Origin: Eledone cirrhosa
Taxonomy: Eukaryota
Length of the DNA stretch: 64,000 bases
NCBI GenBank assembly: GCA_964016885.1
Contig: OZ024743.1
Location: 350,114,001 to 350,178,000, forward strand
Reading direction: 5' to 3'
Shown in pieces: positions 54,113-64,000 of the stretch. The notes under the pieces are model-generated. The model was not told where the DNA came from. It saw only the letters and a program-made list of their open reading frames with translations, and did no database searches. Each line of letters begins with the position of its first letter. The stretch's first letter is position 1. A program made the position numbers and the translations under genes.

Positions 54113-54759
54113 TGTGTGTGTGTCTTTATTAACATAATCATTTAACATCTGCTTTCCCTACTAGCATGGGTTTGATGGATCTACATAGACCAAGTCAGTA
54201 TTGAAGCGGGATACTGACTGCCCAGATAAGCCAAGGGCTCTGTATTCCACTTACGTACGGTCATATCGAGTGCAAAAAGAGGTTGCCATGTCTTTTCATC
54301 AAACTGTAGAGCACTCACAGCTCGGAGAGATGGGGGGCGGTGACAAAAAGGGACGGATATACGTATCGTTATAGGTGTTTGTTGGGATTTTGCAGGTAAT
54401 GTGTAAATGGTAGTTGTAGTTGATGAGTGAATAGGGCTATAGTGATGTAAGGGATGTGTTCAATATGGTGGAGATGGGGCAGTGATGGAAAGGTAAGTAG
54501 GGATAAGGGGTAGTGGTAGCTGGTTAGTGTATGGGTAGAGAGGATGTGAGGTGTGGGAGATGTACAAGATAAGTATGGGGGTAGTGAGGGAGTAAGAGGT
54601 GTTAGTAGGGGGTGAACAAGGAGTAGAGTGTGGCTACTAGGATGTAATGCCGAGGATATCTAAGGTCTTTAGAGGAGTAGGGGGAGAAAGGGGGAGGGAG
54701 GAGGTGGGTGGGTAGTAGTTAAGTTGTGGTTCTGGAGGGGTGCAGTAGTTGTGAGGAGA

Positions 54760-55900
54760 CATGGGTGGCGAGTTTTTGTGCAGTTTTCTCTCGTGCTCAT
54801 TACACCCAATTCTTCTCAGGCCAAGTTTTCCTTTCAGTTCACTTATGCTACATCGTTCATTGAATACCCATCGGAGCATACTCACTTCATTTCTCTCCCA
54901 TCTTTGCAGGTCTTCTGCAGTTAAGGCCCAGGCTTCACTGTTATGTATTATTTCAGTTCGCACGCAAACATCATACAATATACCCTTCACTCTGAGCAAG
55001 AAGCTCTTTGTTGTCAGAAGCAGGCTCAGCTCTCTAAATTTCTTCCAGCCTATTCTGATCCTGGCTATCACTTTTTCAGTACACCCCCCACTGCTAATTT
55101 AATCGCCTAATTTAAAAAAAAAAACATTGTTGAGAACTCCCAAAACGTCCCTGAATGGCGGAAGGAATCGACTTCATGTGAATTCTTAGTGCTTAATTTT
55201 CCTTTACATCTGCCACATACAAAGTCTATATTTCCTTTAACTTGGCTGCCATTCCACTACATCTCTTGTGCGTGTATAGATTGAATTGTGTGCAACTTAT
55301 AGATTTTCTGCCAATTCCTTTCTAACATATCGAATAAAGCCATGTCTCTGATGGTATCCCTTTCTCAACCAGTCCATTTAAGTTACCAGCTGCGATCATA
55401 AAATCACTGTTATCTGACATTGGGTTAGTCAATAGGAGGGACTCACAGAAATGACCGTTTTGTTCGGCGGCAAGTCCAACTTGTGGGACCCGCTGTGTAC
55501 TGTAGAGGAGATAACTAATGTTATTTTGGATTTTTTTAATATTTCTATTTCTAATGAATAAATACGATTTGGACATGAATAGATCGAAAACAAGAATAAA
55601 TAATAAATAACGATATGTTGGCTGTAGTATAGCCCAAGGCTGGTTTAAGTTTAATTATTCTGTCTTTCAATCCGACTACCTCACATATCTGGTATAGCCA
55701 TCTCTCAGTGAGGAGAATTCTTACTCTACCCACCCCATTATTACTACACACACAAAAGAATGTGTACTGTTCTTTATCTATGGTGAGTCTGGCAGAAGCT
55801 CCCCTTAACCTACTTTCTTCTAGCACAGCATATATCTACCCGCCTCTTCTCTAGTAGCTTCACAATCTCACCAAAATAATCATTTATTGTCCTGACATTG
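54760..55900 (-). mobile_element. Degenerate RTE-type LINE (AP-endonuclease and RT remnants)
   Basis: GVGRVRILL...DRIIKLK and IAAGNLNG endonuclease-like fragments; ARIRIGWKKFREL...LYDVCVR...SEAWAL RT C-terminus. Confidence 0.75.
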
Positions 55901-55929
55901 ATAGTGACAATTCTTCATTTTCGGAATTG

Positions 55930-55961
<32 letters not shown>

Positions 55962-56593
55962 ATAGTGAAAGAGTGAAGAATAACATGGTCAACAGTACAA
56001 AAAGGGTTTTATTTACAGTATTAACAATTGTTTCATTGATTAGGGTGTCTAAAGATTGCTTATCACTTGAAGTTGTGTCACTCAATCTTAAATACAATGT
56101 ATGCCTAATCAAATCATCGGAATAACTGACAAAAATTACACACGGCGTTTGTAATATACTAGGATAATTCAAATAACAACATCAATAATAAAGAAAGAAA
56201 AAAAAACGAAAAAGAAACAATAATAAATAAGATAGAATGAAGATGATAAAAAATAAGTAAAAAATTATATACGTGAAAAAAATATATGAACATAATATGA
56301 TTGTTGAAAATAGTGGTGGTGGTAGTTAAAGATGAGATGAGGGTATAAATACTATTAATATGAAAATATTAAATATATACATATGTATTGGTTAAATCAC
56401 AGAGGATGAAAGCATATTATGATAAATAATATTTAAAAGATAAATTAATAAATTATAAGTTAGGTGAGAGGTGAAGAGAGCATGATAGGATATAATGGAA
56501 GAGGTGAAATAGTTTTAGGGATAGAGACTGAAAGAAAGAAAGCTTAGGTGATTATGATGTTCATTTAGTGATTAGTTGGTCTATTGACAGTTA

Positions 56594-56770
56594 ATAATTG
56601 TTTCTACTTTTGGCACAAGGCCAGCAAATAACAGTGTATTACTGGTACTTTATTTTATCGACCTGTAAGGATGAAAGGCAAACTTAACCTCGGCGGGATT
56701 TGAACTCAGATCGTAAAGGGACGTAACTGCACTGGAAAGCATGTCTGACCCTCTACCAATATTGCCAATT
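56594..56770 (-). mobile_element. tRNA-derived SINE, diverged copy
   Basis: Reverse complement of the SINE; TSD acagttaataat. Confidence 0.85.
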
Positions 56771-56849
56771 CACAGTTAATAATAGTGGGTTATTATAATA
56801 GACTCTAAGTGGTTCAGCTTGAATTATGGGATTGTTGGATCGAATTATG

Positions 56850-57530
56850 TTGGTTTGAAATTTGCGAATTTTGTAGCTGCTTTGTGCCTACAGACAATTG
56901 ATCGTTCTATTTTGCTGTTAAGCAGCATTTTATCACACTTTAATATATGGAACAACTCCATATTGCAAAGTCCGCAGTGGGATATTCAATACTGTAGGCC
57001 TTTGCTCCGTATAATTTCGACCAGCTAATCCTGTATTCTTGGTTTGTATCCTTAAGCTGCCAGATTTTATTGGCCAGCCTTGTTGTGTTCACTAGTCTAC
57101 TGTTCTTCATAGAATGTCTGTGGACGTACCATCTTTTTATGAACTCCCCAGCCGTAGAACCGATGTAGTGTCATGTGAAGTTTCCCGAATTTATAGTACA
57201 CAGGTACACTATATTTGATTCTAGGCATCTATTTTGTAGTGGGCAGTAAGTGGCAGTTACATTTGGAGGCCTTCCTGCGAGCAGGTTCTCCGTTGCGGTT
57301 TTGTATGTTGTTATGAATGGGCTGAGATTTGAGTTTATTGATATTTTGTTGGATACGTTCTGACGTGTGTGTGGTGATGTTATATGTTTATGTTTCGTAT
57401 TTGGTGTTATTGTGTTTGTAAGTTATTTTCATTAGAGATTCTTCTATAGTTAATTTTATGTATGTGTCATTCTATGTTGGTTGCAGTAGAGTAAAACAGT
57501 TTGATAGTTTTTCTGTTAAAGATGGGTTCG
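56850..57530 (-). pseudogene. Fourth Penelope-like remnant (RT thumb plus GIY-YIG)
   Basis: Minus-strand fragments FNRKTIKLFYST, CPLQNRCLESNIVYLCT..HYIGST..F..RW, IWQLKD, CGLCNMELFHIL..LLNSK....CRH with stops and frameshifts. Confidence 0.8.
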
Positions 57531-58389
57531 TCAACCCTTATTATTATTATCTCCCAACGAGCGGAATATTGAGAGGAAGTTAAACAATTTTTCACTTTTT
57601 GTTGTGTTTTTGATTTGATATGCACTGTTTTTCCTGCTACTAATTTTGTCTCTCGCTCTTTTAAGTTGTGAATTAGACTGGTTATCTACGCACGTGGCTG
57701 ACACATTTCAGCTCGCTACTATATTGGTATATAATGGATGATCGCATTTAATGTCCGTTAAAGGTTCTTGGCACTACCATTGTTACCATCGCTTTCCTTT
57801 AGCCATGTGGCTTGGAGACATGAACCGAATGCTACCTTCCTATTTTATATCAATGTGAACTGCTATTTCTAATAGCCATCTTTTCACTCCTTGATAATTT
57901 GTCTGTGAGACACGTTGGCTGAGGGCTTCTGACAGGAACTAATAGATTGATTCTTTTTAGCTTCCCGTCCCCACGTAAAATTTGTAAATCAGTGGCTAGT
58001 TGAAAGATAGAGTCCTATCGGTTGTCAGTTAATCGCTTTACCGTGTCAGTTGGCACAAACAGTCATGACCGGCATGGGCCGGTGTTTAGATTATGTCGAT
58101 CTATTGGTTATTGATTAGGCGATACCCGCTAATGAAGCCGCATAAGCCGATTGTGCATTGTTGCATAATATATGCAGACAGATGGTGCAGTGCACCTTAC
58201 TGCTGCATTAGCGCGACAGAAACTCGAGTCCGGGAACCTTATAGGCACCCGTTTTATGTGTGTTGTGTTGAGGCAAATAACTATGTGTATACTCTGGTAA
58301 TGTATCTTACATTGCCCATTGAGTGCGCTGAGATACAAGCGGTACTGGCATTGATAAATATGCTGGGTCCGTCAACCCTTATTATTAAC

Positions 58390-58905
58390 AGGAAGTCCTC
58401 AACCAATTCTAGCGGCTTCCCACCTACATTAGTAATCATCTCTGGCTTCTTAATATTCTCTGCCTGATACTTCGTCTTTATCTCATTCATTCGCAACCCC
58501 ACACTCATCGACACAGTCTCTACCTCCTGCATCAACTCCTCTGCTTCTTTCACTGTGTTTGTCACCAGAACTATGTCGTCGGTAAATTCAGCATCCGATA
58601 TCTTTTTCGCGTTAACTTTCCTGCTCTGAGCCAGCGTTACAGTAAAGCCAGAGTCCTGGTGTTTCTCCAGCGCAAGTCGCATACAATAGTCCATTGCGAT
58701 GATAAAAAGGTAGGGAGCAAATGTATCTCCCTGGAGCACTCCAACCTGTATCTCAAAGAGCTCCGTCATCCCATCAGGTGTAATGACTTGGGCTTTGGTG
58801 TTGGTGTAGAGCAGTGATACCAGGCCCACTATCTTCTTGGGGATTCCATAAGCCTGTTAGATCTTCAATAGGCAGTGACGGTACAATAATCAAAGGCCTT
58901 CCTAT
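58390..58905 (-). mobile_element. RTE-type LINE RT fragment (same family as 10360-11170)
   Basis: GVLQGDTFAPYLFII...ISDAEFTDDIVL; DNA nearly identical to 10820-11002. Confidence 0.85.
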
Positions 58906-58973
58906 ATATTTATAACAATATATATTATATATACATCATATGTTACCGAAAGTGGAAATTGCATAATACTTAC

Positions 58974-59018
58974 GTGTAATTGTTGTCGTTGGAGGCGGAG
59001 TCGTTGTCTTAATTTTAT
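58974..59018 (-). CDS. MUC4-like gene micro-exon (DKIKTTTPPPTTTIT)
   Basis: TTCTAG|...|GTAAGT, 45 nt, phase 1-1, T/P-rich. Confidence 0.75.
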
Positions 59019-59197
59019 CTAGAAAGAGAATGTAATATATTCATATTTAGAATAACTTGTCGCTATGTATACGATGAAAGGCGAACGACTCATACTTACA
59101 GATTACTTCTTTTTTTATTTAAAGTAAACGTGAAACTAATAACACATTTTGTAGATTTCTATTCGACTTAATTTTTACGGCTTTTCATTGACGTTCA

Positions 59198-59263
<66 letters not shown>

Positions 59264-59524
59264 ATATATATCCATCTTTATTTCTTCCTACCTCTTTATC
59301 TTTCATTGGTGACCTTTCCTTATTTTCCTTTCCTTTTTTCTGTTTCTCTCCATATCATTCCCTTACTCATATCACTAACTTCCTGTTGCTCACACACACA
59401 CACACCTGCGCGCGCGCACTCCCCCACTCTTTTTCGCGAAAACTTGGTACAGCGGAGGATTAAATGAGATATATCTTGTTAATACATAGGTACATGGATA
59501 CCACATTACTTATGAGACAGTAGA

Positions 59525-59594
<70 letters not shown>

Positions 59595-59788
59595 ATCTTA
59601 CACATTTTATTTCATTGTTTCGCTGGGGTTGTTGTTGTAAGACGCAGTGTAAGGTATGAGTTACTTAGGAAGTGGTTGAAATATGTTAAGAAATAAATTC
59701 AGATTATATATACAGATATCTTTACATTAGCTTCACCATAAAATAATCCACCTGTATTATGTCATGCATTTGTAAATTATGTTCTTAC

Positions 59789-59875
59789 CTGTGCAGTTTC
59801 CACTAATGTGGTCACAAGATTCAAAACATGAGCATGTCGAAGCACAATCTTCCCCATACTTCAGCACAGGACATC
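59789..59875 (-). CDS. MUC4-like gene exon: laminin-EGF-like segment (CPVLKYGEDCASTCSCFESCDHISGNCT)
   Basis: TTTTAG|...|GTAAGA, 87 nt, phase 1-1; CP...YG..C...C.C...CDH.SG.C pattern. Confidence 0.88.
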
Positions 59876-60604
59876 CTAAAATAGTAATAGAAGAGACATT
59901 AATTATTTGGCATTTGCGATGTTCATGTTAAAAGAGAAGCTGAGCTGACAACTAGTCACCATAGAGTTATCTGCAATCTTCGAAAACCTAAGATCAAGAA
60001 AACTCACAAAACTGGCAAATGTAGCTCGAAATACAGAACAACGTGGGACGCGCTCACTGATGTGGAGGTCAAGACCGGGTAGGCAGATAATATTGCATTC
60101 AATCTTTGGGAACTTCCTAAACAAACTGATGACGTTGAAACAGTGTGGAAATTTTTAAACTGTGTGGTTTCTGTTCCAACTCTTTAGTGGCTTGGTTTGT
60201 TGCCGAGTGTCAAGAGAATCATTTTTCAATAAGCTTAAATAAGGTATCCAGGCAAAGACGGTGATTTGCAAAACTTGGCTTGGTAATACGTTTTCCTTCT
60301 TGTGTTCACTGTACAAAGCAGTCCACAAAATAATCTCAAAACCTAGATGGATGGTGTGCCTATAGTTTCTGTACTCTATGTGTCTACAGTGGTAAACATA
60401 ACTGTCTGTAAACACAACGCCACCATCTATATAATATGTTTAGAATAAAAGATTGAATGGAAAGCTGTTAGACACGCACACACACACACAAACAGACACA
60501 CACATATATATGTGTGTGTGTGCGCGCGCGCGCGCGTGTGTCGGTTTCAATGAGGGGTAACCACAGTAAGTAAGGTACTCAATACATAGCAGAGTATAGA
60601 TGTT

Positions 60605-61482
60605 TAATATAGAAATGTCTTCTACAGGGATACCACCATATCAGAATGACAGTCGGCTTTCCTGATGATTTCCTTCGAATCAAGCAGTTCTACTCCTGTA
60701 GAAGCCATTTCTATATTTACTGAGCTCTTACATTTTCAATAGCTAATTGAAAAGTTGAGAGCTCAGCCATCGGGTTCCGAATCTTTATAACATATATATA
60801 ATTACGTGTGTCAACAAATGTTGTACACGCATAGATGTTTTCTCAATTTCCAATTGAGTTCTTAGCACGTGGCCTGAATTTCTCTCAGAATTCACTGTCA
60901 TGCGCATGTATTGTTTTTTTGGCGGTAATTTACTTCCTCATTTTTTGAATCAGTTTGAGCACTTCTTTAAAACTGCTGGACTGGCAACCTGACAGATACC
61001 TCAGGCACAGAGGATGATGATTATCGCTAAATGCTGATGTTGGTTAGATTATCAATATTAGTATTATTGGAGCACCCACTGATGAATTATAGCAGCCCAC
61101 TTGAATATATATATCTATTGATGGTATACAAGCTCCTACATAAATTGGTATAATTTCACCCAAATTGTAGGAATCCTTTAATGAAACGAGACGTCCGTCT
61201 GGGAAGAGATATATTAGGTATGTCTCATATGAAATAATACAGCCAATTTTCCACGCAATACTTTTAGTTAGCACCCCGAACGCATAATTGGGAATATAAT
61301 CACTTATTTCCTAATGTTTGTTGAGTGAGTTGGAATTTGGCCGGAGTATCGCTAAAAGGCTTTCTCCGATATTGTATTTATATATGTATATATATATATG
61401 TTATAAAGATTCGGAACCCGATGGCTGAGCTCTCAACTTTTCAATTAGCTCTTGAAAATGTAAGAGCTCAGCCCTCGGGTCC
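60605..61482. repeat. TA-associated cassette of long hairpins and an ~80-bp inverted repeat
   Basis: 60720-60800 inverted at 61390-61471; hairpin 60606-60719 (aatatagaaatgtcttctacagg/cctgtagaagccatttctatatt); hairpin 61410-61483. Confidence 0.7.
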
Positions 61483-62324
61483 CGACGTTTTATAACTTAA
61501 CCAACCGCAAGTATCAAGTAATCTGTAGCGTAATGCTCCAGCCAGTTTCAAGCTGAATCCAGCCTGATTAATATACATATATATATATATAAATATATAT
61601 ACCTAAATGAAGCAACAGCAAATCTGATTAGGATATAATTGTTTCTACTTTAGGCACAAGGCCAGCAATTATAGGATATAATGTAATCTCGGGGAACGTC
61701 GGAAAAATCAACTTTCAAAATGATTTTATGAAAATGATATTCTAAAATCTAAATCTAGATTGGTGCTAAACATGTAGCTTTTTCTAACAACATGAACGAA
61801 TTCCAACCGTCTGATTAGCCAGAATTAACTAAGCAGCACGCTACAGCTACAGACTCATAAGAGCCACTTCATTAAACTAACAAGCAGCATTCAATCTCTA
61901 CCTAAACCGAACCTAGGCTAAACGACACTGTAATTACACAGATAAATAATCCGTGTGTAGAATTGCAGCATGTCTATTGATAGCGTTTATTGTTTAGTCC
62001 CGGATTATTCGTAATAGATCAGAACTTTGGCCAAATACATTCAGCCTGTGAGCATCCTGTCCTTTTTCTATGAATAGGAAACATAGGACCACATTATACA
62101 ACACGTATATTTGAAGGTTGTAGGATGTGGGTTGAAAGAAATATTTCTAGTACATCAAGTCATTGAATAAATGTTCATAGTTGAAGGCTACTGGATTCAA
62201 TTAAAAACTCTAAATAAATGTTTCTGATCTTTAATACGCTATGAAGCAAATGACAATAAAATACAGACACACACACATATGCATGCATACATACATATAG
62301 ACATACATACACATACATATATAA

Positions 62325-62398
<74 letters not shown>

Positions 62399-62520
62399 GT
62401 ATATATACATATGTATATATACATATGTATATATACATATACATGTATAAAATACAGACACACACACATATGCATGCATACATACATATAGACATACATA
62501 CACATACATATATATATGTA

Positions 62521-62579
<59 letters not shown>

Positions 62580-62719
62580 ATACCTCTCATTTATATATAT
62601 ATATATATATATATATGTTTACATATATATATGTATGTGTATGTATGTCTATATGTATGTATGCATGCATATGTGTGTTGTCTGTATTTTATTGTCATTT
62701 GCTTCATATTTATTATTAT

Positions 62720-62809
<90 letters not shown>

Positions 62810-62952
62810 ATAATAATAAATATGAAGACTAAAATCCAAAGAGGGTTCGATAAATATATCGGTATAAGGATAAATATATATCAAATATATAAGAACCAAA
62901 GATCCCGTTAAGGGTGAAAGCACCGATTTTTTGCTTAAACTTTAATCTGTTA

Positions 62953-63029
<77 letters not shown>

Positions 63030-63034
63030 AAGGC

Positions 63035-63072
<38 letters not shown>

Positions 63073-63120
63073 TATCCAGTTTCTTATTAGATTTAGAAGT
63101 GATCAGGATACTAATTTCTT

Positions 63121-63201
63121 CACCCGCTGATGAGCTTAGAACTTTGGTACTCCTTTTCACAAATAATATTGCGAAACAGTTTTATCAAAACTGTCCGGGT
63201 G
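63121..63201 (+). ncRNA. Type I hammerhead ribozyme with long stem III and large loop II
   Basis: cacccg-CTGATGA(63127-63133)-gc[35 nt]gc-GAAA(63173-63176)-cagtttt-atc-aaaactg-TC(63195)-cgggtg. Confidence 0.85.
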
Positions 63202-63754
63202 TTCGGTTGTTTCCTCAATTATGGTTTGTATTTATTTTTCTTGATTTATTCTTAAATTTAGTCTGGCAAACCCTATTGTCTGTAGTTAGTATTTTTTCAC
63301 CTTAGCGATTCTGGTCCATTACGATTTGAACACATATATGTATATGTCTGTGTTCGTTTTTCTTTTTTGTTCAGTTATAATAAAATTATATATATATATA
63401 TATTCATTGTACTGTATCATATGCTTTGCTGTTTTCCATTTTGCTTTCGCATATAGGTATATATACACATATAATTATATATAGAATAATTCTCGTTACA
63501 TTGCCTTTGGGATGCATTAATGTGAATCCCGACGCTTTGTTCAAGCTGGTTTTGCGCCAAATGTTTTATAATATTTAAAATATAAAAACACTTTTGTGAA
63601 AAATCCCAAAATTTCAAAATTCAATCGTTATATTTGAAATATTCCTATAAGTATATGAATTCGCTGTAGTTTTAACTGTGTAGGCATCTTTAAAGAATAG
63701 ACAGATAGCATTGTAGAATAAAACATATACATATAGAATCCCGCAAATACTTAC

Positions 63755-64000
63755 TTTGGCAAAATTTAGAATCGGTCAGATTGAAATAACCTTTTTTACA
63801 TTCACAGGTAAAATTTGTTTCCCCACTTAAACACGATGCAGTGTTGTTGTCACAGATGTGAAGATTTTCCTCACAAAAATTTCTTCTCTTCTCACATTTG
63901 GTACCAGTATAACCGGTGTTGCATACACATCCTTTGATTGAATTACAGCTTCCTTTGACACAGTCACACTTCATGTTACAGTTCCAACCATAGGTATTAC
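63755..64000 (-). CDS. MUC4-like gene exon (5' end outside the window): EGF-like repeats (NTYGWNCNMKCDCVKGSCNSIKGCVCNTGYTGTKCE...CECKKGYFNLTDSKFCQ)
   Basis: Cys-rich EGF patterns, donor A|GTAAGT at 63754, phase 1 matching exon 59789-59875. Confidence 0.9.

Noticed and set aside
60120-60150. CTGATGA-cgtt-GAAA hammerhead-like core
   Set aside because: No stem I, II or III support; lies in a probable decayed LINE fragment

Overview
AT-rich animal genomic DNA full of (TA)n microsatellites. The SINE and repeat landscape suggests an octopod cephalopod (inference). The whole window lies inside one large minus-strand gene. I traced 16 frame-compatible GT-AG exons encoding EGF-like repeats, a 557-codon Ser/Thr/Pro mucin repeat, NIDO, AMOP, VWD (with a GDPH motif), a beta-rich Ig/cadherin-like segment and two more EGF domains, i.e. 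a MUC4-type mucin-like protein that runs off both ends of the window. The introns hold many tRNA-derived SINE copies, RTE-type and R4/Dong-type LINE fragments and two non-autonomous Helitron-like elements. They also hold a nest of Penelope-like elements (PLEs): one with an intact 737-aa RT + GIY-YIG ORF and direct plus inverted pseudo-LTRs, and three decayed. The most striking unannotated signal is about 17 hammerhead-ribozyme motifs from about 12 unrelated sequence families. These include a U3-A8 core-covariant hammerhead, hammerheads with very long stem II or loop II, and palindromic short-stem-III (dimer-type) hammerheads sharing a C.C mismatch in stem II. Most sit in small ORF-less, TA-flanked cassettes that often carry inverted repeats. 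All folds were derived by eye; no folding program, database search or activity assay was run.
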